A DNA stretch of 64,000 nucleotides from Octopus vulgaris (taxonomy: Eukaryota). Made by a program: the position numbers and the translations under genes. Below are positions 1-12,821 of the stretch, in pieces. The stretch is from the NCBI GenBank assembly GCA_951406725.2, contig OX597824.1, positions 72,912,001 through 72,976,000 on the forward strand. Reading direction: 5' to 3'. The first letter of the stretch is position 1; the number at the start of each line of letters is the position of its first letter. The notes beneath the pieces are model-generated. The model made no database searches and was not told the DNA's origin. It was given only the letters and a program-made list of their open reading frames with translations.

Positions 1-309
1 ATCAAAACAAACTAACAGTGAATGAGATTCTGCTGTTTTGGGCAGATGTGACAGGAAATCGATGTCATCCCAAATGAAACTGAGTATGTGACTACATAGT
101 GGTTTTAGGATAATGTCAAGGAGGCTGCTCAGATGATGTGTAGGACTGTCAGTTAAACACATTTAAAATCTGATGATTACTCTATGTATTAAAGCGCTAA
201 TTTAACTTTATGAGCATTACAAAATATTTTTTTAATGTTGAAATACCATAATAGAAAACATGAAAACCAGACCATGTTTTAACTTTATTCAATTGATATA
301 TATATATAG

Positions 310-495
310 CTGGAATTTACAAAAAAATAAACAAAACTAAAGACAAAGATGGGCGTGTAAACAACAAACAGATGTATTAGTTTAACACTCAGGAAGTAAG
401 AAAGTCTTTTATGTTTCGAGCCTATGCTCTTCAACAGAAAGGAACGCAGAAAAAACAAGGAGAGAAAATTATAAAAAGCTTTAGTAGCTAGCGAT
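310..495 (-). mobile_element. Solo Penelope-like pseudo-LTR (same family as 26152-26460) with hammerhead motif at 405-441
   Basis: Similar to 26152-26350, 45805-46005 and 50243-50450. The minus strand reads TTT-CTGTTGA-A-GAGC-ATAG-GCTC-GAAAC-ATA-AAAGA. Flanked by (TA)n. Confidence 0.7.
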
Positions 496-525
496 ATATA
501 TATATATATATATATGTACATATAC

Positions 526-565
<40 letters not shown>

Positions 566-1050
566 CACACACACATCACTCTTGCTGCCAGCTGGCTGAG
601 TTAACATATATATATATAAATGGACGGATGAACTTAGTGTAGGTTCAACGGCCATCTAGCAATTGCACAGGCCCTCAGAAATTCTCGGTTGGTGCCTGGT
701 ATGCTGGAAGACGACTCAGAGTGAGGCACTCCTCAGCTTTTACTAAAGCATGTATTTTGGAGAAGGTCAATCTGATATAAAGCCTGATATACGAGGAATG
801 GCATTGGACGTTTTGGGAGATCATTTCCTTAAAATCTCTTTGCACTGATGTCACTCAGACAGCATCTATATTGTTTATGCCTCACATAAGCATACAGTCC
901 AGTAGCTTGCAAAAGGTAACATTAGTTTAAAATCAGAGCTGGCACCAGTGAATGCATCTGGCTATAGTATACTGCTTCAAGTAGACTTACCCAGTCCATG
1001 ATCATGTATGGATTATCTATGATCACATGTCTGCTTGAGCAGGTTTAACT

Positions 1051-1160
1051 GAAGAAGAAGAAGAAGAAGAAGAAGAAAAAGAAAAAGAAGAAGAAGAAGA
1101 AGAAGAAGAAGAAGAAGAAGAAGAAGAAGAAGAAGAAGAAGAAGAGCAACAACAACAATA
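1051..1160 (+). repeat. (GAA)n/(CAA)n microsatellite, probably the tail of a retroposon remnant
   Basis: Directly visible trinucleotide run. Confidence 0.9.
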
Positions 1161-1167
1161 AAAAAAA

Positions 1168-1485
1168 TGGCATTGGTGGAGCGATGTATACCCTACGCAC
1201 ACACCAGGATAAAAAAAAAATTTAACTTAATATATTCTCAAATTCATATTTTAATAAAATGACGTCAAGAGTTATTTTCCCCTGCTTATCGTTTATGCAT
1301 AAGAAACAAAGAAAATTTTGATTCATCCATCCGCCAAAATTCAATGAGTTTCGAGCCACTCACTTAATGAGTATTTCTGCCAAATTTGGGGAAAATCCGT
1401 TCAGCTGTTATCTGGTAATTTTGAAAACACACAGACAAAGACAAGCGACTACAGTACTCTACTTTCGCTTACGTGCGTAAGGTAA
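1168..1485 (+). mobile_element. Possible Helentron-associated (HINE/DINE-like) non-autonomous element
   Basis: Has an AAATTTG...AAAATCCG motif, a CAGACA-type microsatellite remnant and a 3' hairpin CTTACG-TG-CGTAAG followed by GTAA. This layout is typical of HINEs. Confidence 0.4.
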
Positions 1486-1538
1486 CAACAGCAACAACAA
1501 CAAAAGCAAAGAATATTTCTACGAATCAGTAGCAACAG

Positions 1539-1913
1539 TGGAGGTGCAATGTCCCAGTGGTTAGGGCAGCGGACTCACGGTCTGAGGATCGCGGTTTTGA
1601 TTCCCAGACCGGGCATTGTGTGTGTTTATTGAGCGAAAACACCTAAATCTCCACAAGGCTCCGGCAGGGGGTGGTGGCGACTTCTGTTGTACTCTTTCGC
1701 TCCAACTTTCTCTCACTCTTTCTTCCTGTTTCTTGTCCCTGACTTCCTACACAACTGCTGAGCCTGGATGCGCATTCATCCATCCGTCAATGCTCTCGGT
1801 GTCGGGGGTCGACCTGCTTTCTCTTCTGCGTGTATTACGAATAGCAAAGGACCACGTGTCGGACTTCTCCCACTAATGGAACGAAGACCGCTTCGCTCAA
1901 CAAACAAACAAAC
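1539..1913 (+). mobile_element. tRNA-derived SINE, family A
   Basis: The head has an A-box-like TGTCCCAGTGG and a B-box-like GGTTTTGATTCCC. The body is shared with 35474-35595 and 35735-36130. (CAAA)n tail. Confidence 0.8.
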
Positions 1914-2189
1914 ATGCAAGCAGCAACAGTAATTATGACATTGTAATATAATGTATTGATTTATCAATGTGACGTATAATATTTTCATTATCTCACTTGT
2001 GAGGGTGTTATAAATACAGGGGATAAATAATTAAAGCATAGAGCTATATTAGAAATTAACATTAAAAATGAGGTCGTGCGTGTGAATGTGGTTTCTTAAG
2101 AGGCTGTATGAGTACAAATCATTGTAATGTGAGAAACCTAGGATGGTCTTTAGACATGTTCTGTCATGTTGGCCAATACATTGAGGTAT

Positions 2190-2297
<108 letters not shown>

Positions 2298-2366
2298 CAT
2301 TCATACATATGTACATCAAATTGTGTGTGTGTGTGTGTATCAATACATATATATGTATGTATTATG

Positions 2367-2412
<46 letters not shown>

Positions 2413-2418
2413 TATATA

Positions 2419-3693
2419 CATAGGTATGCAGGAAGTAAATAGACACCTTTAATTTTCAAAATTTCTGTTCTAAGCGTCTTAATATGTTTTCAGTGCTGTA
2501 GAATTTATAATGTAATTATTCTTTTCCATTCCAAGTGCCATCATATTAAACATTTGTGAAGAGGAACCATGCCACACACAAAAAGTTAAGCAGAACTGTC
2601 AGATTTTCAAAGAGGTCATATTGTTGGACAATCTGAGGCTGGTCTTAGCCAGCGAAAAATTGCCAAAAACCTTTAAATTCCTCTTGCTACTCTTAATAGA
2701 ATTATAGTGCAATTCAAAAGCCAAGGAAAAGAATCAACAGATTCTCATCCCGGCCAATCTGGGCCCTCAGAAAGGATGCTTCGCTGTTTGAAGAGAACTT
2801 TGGAAAACAAAACACGTTCAAAGGCTTCTGACATTGCAAAACAGCTAGAAATTAGCCCAAGAACATGTGTTACATATCTGCATAAGTTTGGGTATTATGG
2901 ACGAGCAACTAGAAGAAAACCTCTCCTTCAACCAATTAATATCATGAAAATAAAGAAATGGGCTGAGGAAATGTCAAAATAATCCAGTTCATTTCGGAAT
3001 AGAGTGATTTTTCTCTGATGAATCCAGATTTGCATTATTTTCAGACAGTGGATGTGTTTGGGTCTGGAGGCTTCCCAATCAAGAATTTGATTTGAAATGA
3101 CCCCAACCAACTGTGAAACATGGCGGTATCTCTGTAATGGTATGGGGAGCTGTCACCAGCAATGGTTGTTTTGAGCTGATCGAACATGTTGGAACCATAA
3201 ACTCTGAAAAATACATCGAAATACTTAAGCAAAGATTACGTCCGATGTATTCACAAGATAACATAATGAAAAATGAGTTTTTATTCATGGAAGATGGGGC
3301 TCCATGCCACACAGCGAAAAGGAATCAAGAATGGCTGACTGAAAATGAGATCAAAAAGCTCCCTTGTTGGAGCCAATCTCCTGACATGAACCCAATTGAA
3401 AATCTTTGGAGCATACTAGATAGAGCCATATGAAAAACTCAACAGAAACCTAAATCTAAAGATGAATTGTTTAGATTGTTGCATGAAAAGTGGGCAGAAA
3501 TTCCACAAGAGACAATCACAAAGCTCATCAGTTCAATACCAAAAAGAGTTTCTGAATTAAAGCTGCAAAGGGAATGTCAACTATATACTAAAGTATGTAG
3601 TCCTACCTATCGATTACATTTCAACTGTTCACTTTGTGTATTAAATAAAAGATTGAAAATTAAAGGTGTCTATTTACTTCCTGCATGTCTCTG
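2419..3693 (+). mobile_element. Full-length but inactivated Tc1-family (DD34E) DNA transposon
   Basis: About 41-bp TIRs (core ATGCAGGAAGTAAATAGACACCTTTAATTTTCAA) at 2419-2459 and 3653-3693, with TA duplications at both ends. Internal transposase remnant. Confidence 0.95.
2569..3590 (+). pseudogene. Tc1 transposase pseudogene with stops and frameshifts
   Basis: Motifs RRKPLL, SDESRF, KHGGISVMVWG, EDGAPCH and SPDMNPIENLW. There are 34 residues between the second D and the E. Confidence 0.95.
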
Positions 3694-3724
3694 TATATAT
3701 GTATGTATGTATACATATTACTAT

Positions 3725-4105
3725 TTTACTCATTTCATTTGTTTCACTGCGGCCATGCTGGAGCACTGCCTTTAGTCAAGCAAATTGGCCCTGGGACTTA
3801 TCCTTTGTAAGCCTAGTACTTATTCTATCAGTGTTTTTTGCTGAACCACTAAGCTATGGGGGACCTAAATACACCAGCATCAGTTGTCAAGCAATGTTGG
3901 GGGGACAAACACAGATACACTACATATACACACACATACATACAACAGGCTTCTTTCAGTTTCCGTCTACCAAATCCACTCACAAGGCTTTGGTCGGCCC
4001 TAGGCCATAGTAGAAGACACTTGCCCAAGGTACCACAGTGAGACTGAACCTGGAATCATGCGGTTGGTAAGCAAGCTACTTACCACACAGCCACTCCTGT
4101 GCCTA
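3725..4105 (-). mobile_element. tRNA-derived SINE, family C (internal CA/TA microsatellite)
   Basis: Reverse complement of the family C copy at 17532-18095. Confidence 0.85.
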
Positions 4106-4224
4106 GCTAGTTACACACACAAATTTGTGTAGATGTATATGTCAACACTTACTCATTTACCAATATATATAAATTCAAATTACGATAATTTCTTCTTAGA
4201 AGAGCTGAGATGTATTGAAAAATA

Positions 4225-4672
4225 CAGATAAGGAAATAATTTATTCTCAAATGCAGAATAATGCTCAGAGAACAGCAAGAACAGGATAAAATGTCCATAT
4301 TTCGTGGAAAAATTTGTCAGCAGCCAGCCATGAGACTTGAACTCACATCCTTGTGATTACCGGTCAAGTGCTTTACAAGTAAGCTAAACCACCCACTGAC
4401 AAATTAAGTTGCAATTTTTGGACTTATAAATCTAGCTTTATAAGATGCTGCATGTTGAATTCAAGTTATGATAAATATAAAATTATAGATTAATTTGTCA
4501 GTGGACAGTTTAGCTTAATCGTAAAGCACTTGACCGGTAATCACAGAGATGTGAGTTCGAGTCTCATGGCTGGCTGCTGATAAATATTTCTGCAAAATAT
4601 GGATATTTTATCCTGTTTCTGCTGTTCTCTCAGTATTATTCTGCATTTGAGAATAAATTATTTCCTTATCTG
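4225..4672. mobile_element. Palindromic MITE-like element with a tRNA-like unit in each arm
   Basis: Inverted arms of about 185 bp (4223-4407 and 4490-4674), an 82-bp spacer, and TA at both ends (TA|CAGATAAGG...CCTTATCTG|TA). Confidence 0.85.
4503..4575 (+). ncRNA. Degenerate tRNA-like sequence (Thr-like, GGT in loop) in the right arm of the palindrome; mirror copy on the minus strand at about 4322-4394
   Basis: A-box-like TAGCTTAATCG, D stem GCTT/AAGC, anticodon arm TGA-CCGGTAA-TCA, and T arm GTGAG-TTCGAGT-CTCAT. The acceptor stem is imperfect. Confidence 0.55.
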
Positions 4673-4795
4673 TATATATACGCTTTGTTTTCTGACCTTA
4701 TAATCATCTCATAATAATGACTTTTATGACTCTTATTACTATCTCAGTCCATCTAAATGTATATATTTGTCGTTACCTGTCATAAAAAGCCTTTA

Positions 4796-4826
<31 letters not shown>

Positions 4827-5299
4827 GTATTGTTATTATTATGCTAAACTGTTGTATGTCCAAATTTGGCCAAATGCATTTTTTGCAATATTATTTTTTG
4901 CTTGCAATAGCCAGTTCTTTTCGTCAAACTATCGTATCTCCAGCTGCTTCAGATGTCAGGTTATCAAAAATTGTCAAAGGGTAGTTTTGCTATGGAATGG
5001 TGAAACTATTTTGTTGTTTTCTGAAAAACAATGTTTTGGAATTAAGACACCTTTGCATAATAGCAATGATATATATACAGGGTTGGCCAAAATTTCAAGA
5101 TCTATTTGTTTAGCAAATGAATGAATTTAATAGAAGCAGCTAAGTATGAAGCATCATGAAAATTGTTCAAACTGAAGTCCTTCTTGTGCGACACATTTTT
5201 CCATTCGAGTCAATACAGAATTACAGATGGCATTTATGGAATTTTGATTTACTATTGGGTGACTTCTGGCTAACCCTGTGTGTATATACGTGTGTATAT

Positions 5300-5774
5300 T
5301 TGCCATATTCTGAACGCCTTACTTCCCTGGGCATGGATACATTGAAACTCCGACGTCTGGTAGCTGACTTGGCAGACATCCATAAAATTATTAACCATCT
5401 TACAAACAATAACTCTGAGCACCTTTTCAAACTCCACCTGTCTAACACCCGTGGACATGTTTACAAAGTCAGAAAACAGCACAGCTCCTATGACTTTCGG
5501 AAACATGTTTTTCAAGCTAAGAGTTGCTGAAGCATGGAACAAACTGCCGGCATCAATTGTTAGTTGTCGGAGCACTGCATCCTTGAAAACTTCCATGCTT
5601 CCTGAGATTCGCCAACACTACACCTGATTTTCTCCCATCCATACACACACAAGCATGTATCTGACTCATACATTGTTCACTTTCCAGACATTTGTACATT
5701 ACTGCATATGCTTTATATGCACTTTTGACAAGTTGTGGTGCACCTGAGCACTGTATACAATAATTTCATTATTA
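5300..5774 (+). mobile_element. CR1/L2-type LINE 3' fragment (end of ORF2 plus 3' UTR)
   Basis: Translates as LPYSERLTSLGMDTLKLRRLVADL...TRGHVYKVRK...RVAEAWNKLPASIV, a typical CR1-clade C-terminus with a frameshift. Ends in an ATT tail. Confidence 0.85.
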
Positions 5775-6158
5775 TAAGAGAAATAAATAAGAAGACAAAA
5801 TATTTGTTTTAAAATATTTCTTTTTAATACAAGACTGTTAAAATTACAAAATAGTATCTAAGGTATACAAGAGTATAACAATCATAACAAAAATATAAAT
5901 AATAGTAATAATAATAATATATTATATATTATATATAAGAGTAATAATGGTTGGTTTAGTGATTTCACTAATTGCCGCAAGGGCATTATGAAGGACATTA
6001 CATTACTAGTCATTCTTTTATTGCAACAAATAGTTATTATTAATAATAGTAATAATAATAATAAAAATAACTGCATCTTAATTGTATATTCATATATACA
6101 CACATGTGTATGCATGTGTCTGTGTGCATGTATATATCTATATCTATATATCTATCAA

Positions 6159-6194
<36 letters not shown>

Positions 6195-6235
6195 GACACA
6201 CATGCATACACACACACAAACACTCATATATATAT

Positions 6236-6302
<67 letters not shown>

Positions 6303-6318
6303 GTACATACATTCATAC

Positions 6319-6412
<94 letters not shown>

Positions 6413-6464
6413 ATACATATATATATGCATATATATATGCATATATATATATATATATATATGT

Positions 6465-6641
6465 AGTTCCGGTTGATTCGGGGTTAACCACAGTAAGTAA
6501 GGTACTCAATACATAGCAGAGTAAAATTAATTTATTATATAGAAGGAGTTTACAGGACTAGTACTGTTTCATTCAAGAGAAATCTTCAGGCTTCCTGAAG
6601 ATTTCTCTTGAATATATATCCTGTATCCTTCTATATAATAA

Positions 6642-6642
<1 letters not shown>
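6465..6642 (-). mobile_element. Penelope-type terminal repeat fragment with partial inversion and hammerhead motif (about 6556-6590)
   Basis: The minus strand reads CTGAAGA-TTTC-TCTT-GAAT-GAAAC-AGTACTA-GTC. An inverted partial copy lies at 6594-6642. Embedded in (TA)n. Confidence 0.55.
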
Positions 6643-6688
<46 letters not shown>

Positions 6689-7424
6689 TGTACATGTATA
6701 TGTAAATGATTATGCACATATAGTTTAACATTTTTCAGTATAGAACAGATTAATTACTATGTTTGTGACAATATAAATAATTATGTCCTTTAAGTTCTTA
6801 TATTTGATAAATGACACATACATGTTTTTACTCTCTCCTTCCCTTCTTGATTATATATACTTAAGGGTGTAACTGTGTGAGTTTGTGCTTGTATATGACT
6901 GTATATGTATGTACATGTATTGGTTTTACTTAGAATAGTGAAATCATCTCTAATTATATTACAACCCCAATTTCAGTACTCCTGCTCTGATTAACTCCCG
7001 TTTAAATATTTGTTAATATTTATTACTGATCTACCCACACTTTCCCCACAACGATTAATTCCCTACTTTCTTTTTGTTGTTGAAGTGCCTTCTTTTAAAT
7101 AGATTATATACTTATCTATAAGTTATTTGTATCTAATTTAAAAACTGTAGCAGTGTTTTACAAGTGGGCATGGTACTATTTTTGTCCCATTTTACGGAAT
7201 TCAATTTCCCTTGCATAAAATAGATCTCGACAAAGAGATAGATATTGCAGAACGTGAAACTTGAGTACAAAATTCAATCAGATTCAGCTAAGAATACACT
7301 CTACGTGATTGTATTGACTGTTTGAGTACTTTTGTTTAGTTGCATTCACACTAATACGATAGTACATATATACTTATATTTATATACATATGTGATATGT
7401 CTGTATGCATATGCATATATATAT

Positions 7425-7455
<31 letters not shown>

Positions 7456-7461
7456 TATATG

Positions 7462-7509
<48 letters not shown>

Positions 7510-7839
7510 CTTATATATATACATACATACACACACACACACTGGTAAAATCAGCCAAAAGACTACAGTCAACATGCTGTAAGGAATGGAAAGTCTAGTG
7601 CTTTGCTAACTGTACACTTTTTTTTAATCAATTTTACTATATCATCTAAGTTTGCTGACATGGAACAATACCAGCCTTACTTCAGTCTGTTTGATCATGT
7701 ATATCCTCTAGAACGACAGCCTTAAATATTATCAAACAAAAACAAATTGATTGTCTCACTATATTTTGTCTTGAAAAAAAAACATGACAAAAATAAATAA
7801 GCATAAAAACATTAACAAAAGCCCCAATAATAATACTAA

Positions 7840-8060
7840 TAATCCTTTCTACTATAGGCACAAGGCCTGGAATTTTGGGGGAGGGGACTTGTCAATTCAA
7901 TCGACCCCAGTGTTTCACTGGTACTTAATTTATCAACCCCAAAAGAATGAAAGGCAAAGTTGACCTCGGTGGAATTTGAACTCAGAAAGTAGCGACAGGC
8001 GAAATACTACTAAGCATTTCGTGTCCAGGATGCTAGCGATTCTGCCAGCTCGTCGCCTTT
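7840..8060 (-). mobile_element. tRNA-derived SINE, family D (ATT tail)
   Basis: The minus strand has the head GGCGACGAGCTGGCAGAATC, a B-box-like GAGTTCAAATTCC and the body CATTCTTTTGGGGTTGATAAATTAAGTACCAG. Many copies occur in the window. Confidence 0.85.
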
Positions 8061-8064
8061 GTAT

Positions 8065-8139
<75 letters not shown>

Positions 8140-8401
8140 CATGATTTGTAGGTTAGACACAGGGTACAAGGGGGATGCTGTCGTTCATTTAACTGATACT
8201 TTATTTTGCCTCAGCTGGTTTGTAAAGAAAGGTACTCGATTGTGGAGAAAAAGAAAAAAAAAAGGGCAGACGTAAATATTGTCTGCATTACCCCCACTTT
8301 TGTACTCAGCTCTCTAACAACAATAAGATAAATCATTTTGGAAGAGAATGGATTAATAACTAAAACGTAAGCATGTATATATATATATATATATATCTAT
8401 C

Positions 8402-8435
<34 letters not shown>

Positions 8436-8839
8436 AGTATGTATACATGTATGTATGTGTGTGTGTATGTATGTATGGTTGCATGTGTTTATTATATAAT
8501 ATATAGCTTATTAGTGACTATATATCGTAACTTTCATGCTTAGTTTATGCCAAACCCTTATTAAACATCAAACTGCCAATTCCTAAAATATTCGCGACAA
8601 ATTTAGGTTGTTTCTGATGTACCGTGAAGAATGTTAAAATTTTGTAAGGGACATAACTCGTATATAACTATTGCCGGGCTGAGCTATTTCCTTTGGGTGT
8701 TTTATAAATATGAAAGATAAAGAATTTGAAATATAACTAAGGAAGGAGAAAAAAGGAACTGCTAGATGGAAATGAGAATGAGAAGTTAAATAGTTGAAAA
8801 TATAAGATTAAAAAAAAAAGTATTATAATAAATAATAGT

Positions 8840-9048
8840 TCCACATTTTGACATAAGACCAGCAAGTTCGGAGGTAGGGTAAGTCGATTACATCGACCCC
8901 CAGAATTCGACTGGTACTTATTTTATCAACCCTGAAAGCATGAGAGGCAAAGTTGACCTCGGTGGAATTTGAATTCAGAACGTAAAGACAGGTGAGACAC
9001 CGCTAAGCATTTTGCCCGGCGTGCTATCGATTCTGCTAGCTCTCCGCC
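8840..9048 (-). mobile_element. SINE family D
   Basis: Homologous to 7840-8060. Confidence 0.8.
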
Positions 9049-9535
9049 ATAAAAAAAAAAAAAAAAAAAAAAATACTGAAAATTATAATAAATACTAAAA
9101 ATTATAATAAAATACTGATAATATAAATTTAAGTTATGCATGATTGCTTTTCTAGTTCATTTCTGAAAAGTAAAACAAGAAAAAAAAAAAGAAAGAAAAA
9201 AAGAAGAGTGTTTTATTACGGGATCACTCACATTATCTCTATTTCCTTTTATATTATTTCTTCTCTACACTTTCTAATAATAATAATAATTATTTGAGAC
9301 CTTATATTTCCAACACTCTTTCATATTAATTTTCATTTGGCCGTCCCCAACTTTCCCACATCCTTAGTTATTAATTTAAGTTATTCACCTTCACATATTT
9401 TGAATTTCCAAGGGAAATAACTAATACGTAACAATATTTATATACAACGAGTTATGCTCCTTAGAATAATTTTATCACCTGGAACAACAAAACCGCAAAT
9501 ATACTGTGTCCATTTTACGAACTAATTGAGTATGT

Positions 9536-9575
9536 CTGATGATGCTTAGCATAAGCTAAACGCGAAACTTAGTTA
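9536..9575 (+). ncRNA. Candidate minimal hammerhead ribozyme motif
   Basis: CTGATGA, then a stem II containing TTAGC-ATAA-GCTAA, then GAAAC-TTAG-TTA. Stem I is poorly supported. Confidence 0.5.
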
Positions 9576-9662
9576 CGATTTTTGACACAAACGGATTGTA
9601 TCATGTTTTATACATACATACATACATACATACATACATACATACATACATACATACACACA

Positions 9663-9717
<55 letters not shown>

Positions 9718-10146
9718 ATTATATCACACTTCTATACGTATTGAGTGTTCTAATTTTGTTCGTATATACATTTATAAAATCGATTATATGTATGAATGTA
9801 TCTATATTATATATATGTGTGTGTGTGTATACACACACATACATAATTGTCTAATATATACAATATATGTGTATTTATGTATATTAAATAAACAAAGCAA
9901 ATTTGTTTGTGTGGCAAATATAAAGAAAAAAAACACTAATAAGCAACTGAAACCAATGACTTAAACATAAAGACGTACGTACATACATATATACATACAT
10001 ATATACACACATACATACATACATACATGCATGCATGCATACATACATACATACATACATACATACATACATACATACATACATACATGTATACATATAT
10101 ACATACATACATACATACATACACACATACATACATATATACATAT

Positions 10147-10179
<33 letters not shown>

Positions 10180-10259
10180 CACGCATATACACACATATAC
10201 ATACAGACTTATACGCACACACTTGATTATGAGCTTTAAATCTTATGATAATTGTTTGC

Positions 10260-10815
10260 GCAGCGACATATAAGTCTCTGTATGTGTATGTGTTTATATA
10301 TTCACACATGGATGTATGCGTATGTATGTATGCATGTATGTATGTATGTATGTATGTATGTATGTATGTATGTATGTATGTATGTATGTATGTATGTACG
10401 TACATATTCATGTGTGTATGTGTTTATATATTCACACATGGCTGTATGCGTATGTATGTATGTATGTATGTATGTATGTATGTATGTATCTATGTATGTA
10501 TGTATGTACGTACATATTCATGTGTGTATGTGTTTATATATTCACACATGGCTGTATGCGTATGTATGTATGTATGTATGTACGTACATATTCATGTTTG
10601 TATGTGTTTATATATTCACACATGGCTGTATGCGTATGTATGTATGTACGTACATATTCATGTGTGTATGTATTTGTGTTTGTGTTTGATCATGCGTAAA
10701 TATGCGTTTGCATGCGCGCGTGCATACGCTTGTCGTCTGTATATGCGCGCGTGCGTATGCTTGTCGTCTGTATATGCGCGCGTGCGTATGCTTGTCGTCT
10801 GTATATGCGTGGGTA
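10260..10815 (+). repeat. Compound minisatellite: four copies of a roughly 55-bp unit with variable (TATG)n spacers, then a 31-bp unit repeated about three times
   Basis: Units GTACGTACATATTCATGTGTGTATGTGTTTATATATTCACACATGGCTGTATGC and ATATGCGCGCGTGCGTATGCTTGTCGTCTGT are repeated directly. Confidence 0.85.
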
Positions 10816-11615
10816 TGTGTCTTCGTATGAGCATCACTTGGTGAATAAGATGAAAAACAGGAAACAGCAGCAATAATAACAACAATAGAAAAATAATATC
10901 AATCAAGAAAGAAAAAAATAATGAGAAAAATAATGAGAAAAAGAAAAGACAAAAACTGACTGTGTTCCGTTGTTGGTATGGCGGAACAGTCAACAGATTT
11001 TGATAGCGACATCCCCTTGTGACAAACCAAAGCCCAACAACGACAGCATTAAGAAAACCAATGCATTAGTACAAATTTTCAATGAATTATTTCTCAGGGG
11101 ATAAAGAGATATTTCCGTGGTCTACATGGCTGGTGAGAGGAAGGGAGATAATCGTCCTTAGCCATCAGAGACCTGGACCGAATACTTATAAACCGAGTGG
11201 ACTCTGCTAGAAGCAGCCATTAGTCAGATGATGTATGTGGAGTTAAACCGGGCGACACATTAAGTCTACCATTCAAATCTATTTTACTATTTGTCCGATT
11301 GTTTTGGTTTTTCTTTTCTTTTTCCATCCAAAATTTAGATTAAGATTGAGGACAAATAAGACAATCATAACTCAAAAAGCTAATCTCATTAAGTTAGATC
11401 CTGCGATTAGTAGATTTTAAAAAATGAAATAAAATAAATTAAATATAAAGAATAAAATAAAGGTTGTCTATTAATATTCTTTTGATATTTTGTTTGTTTG
11501 GTTTGTTTGCTTGTTTTCTTGTTTATGTGAGCATTCATTCGATATATTAGTTATATATGCGTGTGCACGTATATACATAATAGGTGTTTTTGTATAATAA
11601 ATAATAATAATAATA

Positions 11616-11677
<62 letters not shown>

Positions 11678-11694
11678 TAATATTAATAATAATA

Positions 11695-11898
11695 CTGGAC
11701 GCACAAGGCCTCACATTTGGGAGAAGGGATTAGGTCGATTACATCGACCCCAGTGTTTCATTGGTACTTAATTTATCGACCCCGAAAGGATGAAAGGCAA
11801 AATCGACCTCGGCGGAATTTGAACTCAGAACGTAGCGGCAGACGAAAAACCGCTAAGCATTTCACCTGGCGTGCTAACTATTCTGCAAGCTCACTGCC

Positions 11899-11900
<2 letters not shown>
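11695..11900 (-). mobile_element. SINE family D
   Basis: Homologous to 7840-8060, flanked by (AAT)n. Confidence 0.8.
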
Positions 11901-11963
<63 letters not shown>

Positions 11964-12286
11964 CGCTTCTAACTTAGTATAAGGCCAGAAATTTTTTGAG
12001 TAGGGTTCGTCGATTAAATAAACCTCAGTACTTGACTGGTACTTTATCTTATCAATCTTGGAAGGATGGAAAGTAAAGTTGACCACGGCAGGATTAGAAC
12101 TCGAAACGTAAAGACAAGGAATAAATGCCACACAGCACTTCTTCCGACTTTCTTGTGATTCTCCGTCAATTCCCCCATCCATAAAAAAAAAAAAGGAAAT
12201 GGACAGAATCATCTACGGGAATCGAACCAAGTGTCTACCGTATACTGGACGGTCGAGAAACCACAACACCAAGGAGACGTATCCGA

Positions 12287-12287
<1 letters not shown>
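11964..12287. repeat. Local duplication, copy 1 (copy 2 at 13536-13855); contains an old SINE D
   Basis: Near-identical blocks of about 320 bp, each bounded by (AAT)n on both sides. Confidence 0.9.
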
Positions 12288-12367
<80 letters not shown>

Positions 12368-12375
12368 TAATAATG

Positions 12376-12409
<34 letters not shown>

Positions 12410-12485
12410 TGATAATAATAATGATAATAATAACGATAATAATAATAATAATAGGAGAGTATTGTAGTTCGCTTGAAGCATTGTG

Positions 12486-12821
12486 TATTGTTTGTAAAGA
12501 ATAAAAAGTTTTGAATGGTACAGCAATGTACTATAATACAGACAATGGGCTATTTACCTGTTGTAATTTAGTCATCAATAGTCTGACATGATATTTTGGA
12601 ATAATATTCCTTCTTCAGAAATTCTTAGATGGAGTCGGTTTTCTAACCGTTAGAAAACTGGTTATAGCAGCGACTCCATCTAAGAATATCTGAAGAAGGA
12701 ATATTATTCCGAAATATCATATCAAGCTATGGATGACTAAATTACAACAGGTAAATAGCCCATTGTTTGTATTATAGTGCATTGTTGTACCATTCAAAAC
12801 TTTTATTCTTTACAAATAATA
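12486..12821. mobile_element. Long inverted repeat (about 150-bp arms) of Penelope-type terminal repeat with degenerate hammerhead motifs
   Basis: The arms are reverse complements. The right arm has CTGAAGA-A-GGAAT-ATT-ATTCC-GAAA at 12690-12714. Confidence 0.7.

Noticed and set aside
1539-1615. SINE heads as genuine tRNA genes
   Set aside because: They have degenerate cloverleafs and continue into shared SINE bodies and tails.
4910-4980. Possible plus-strand exon (ASSFRQTIVSPAASDVRLSKIVK)
   Set aside because: The acceptor is plausible, but the donor is weak and no partner exons were found.
10260-10815. Repeat-spacer-like array resembling CRISPR
   Set aside because: The spacers are just variable (TATG)n, the context is eukaryotic, and there are no cas genes.
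10952-11002. Hairpin resembling a pre-miRNA
   Set aside because: It is only about 50 nt with bulges, too short, and has no recognisable seed.
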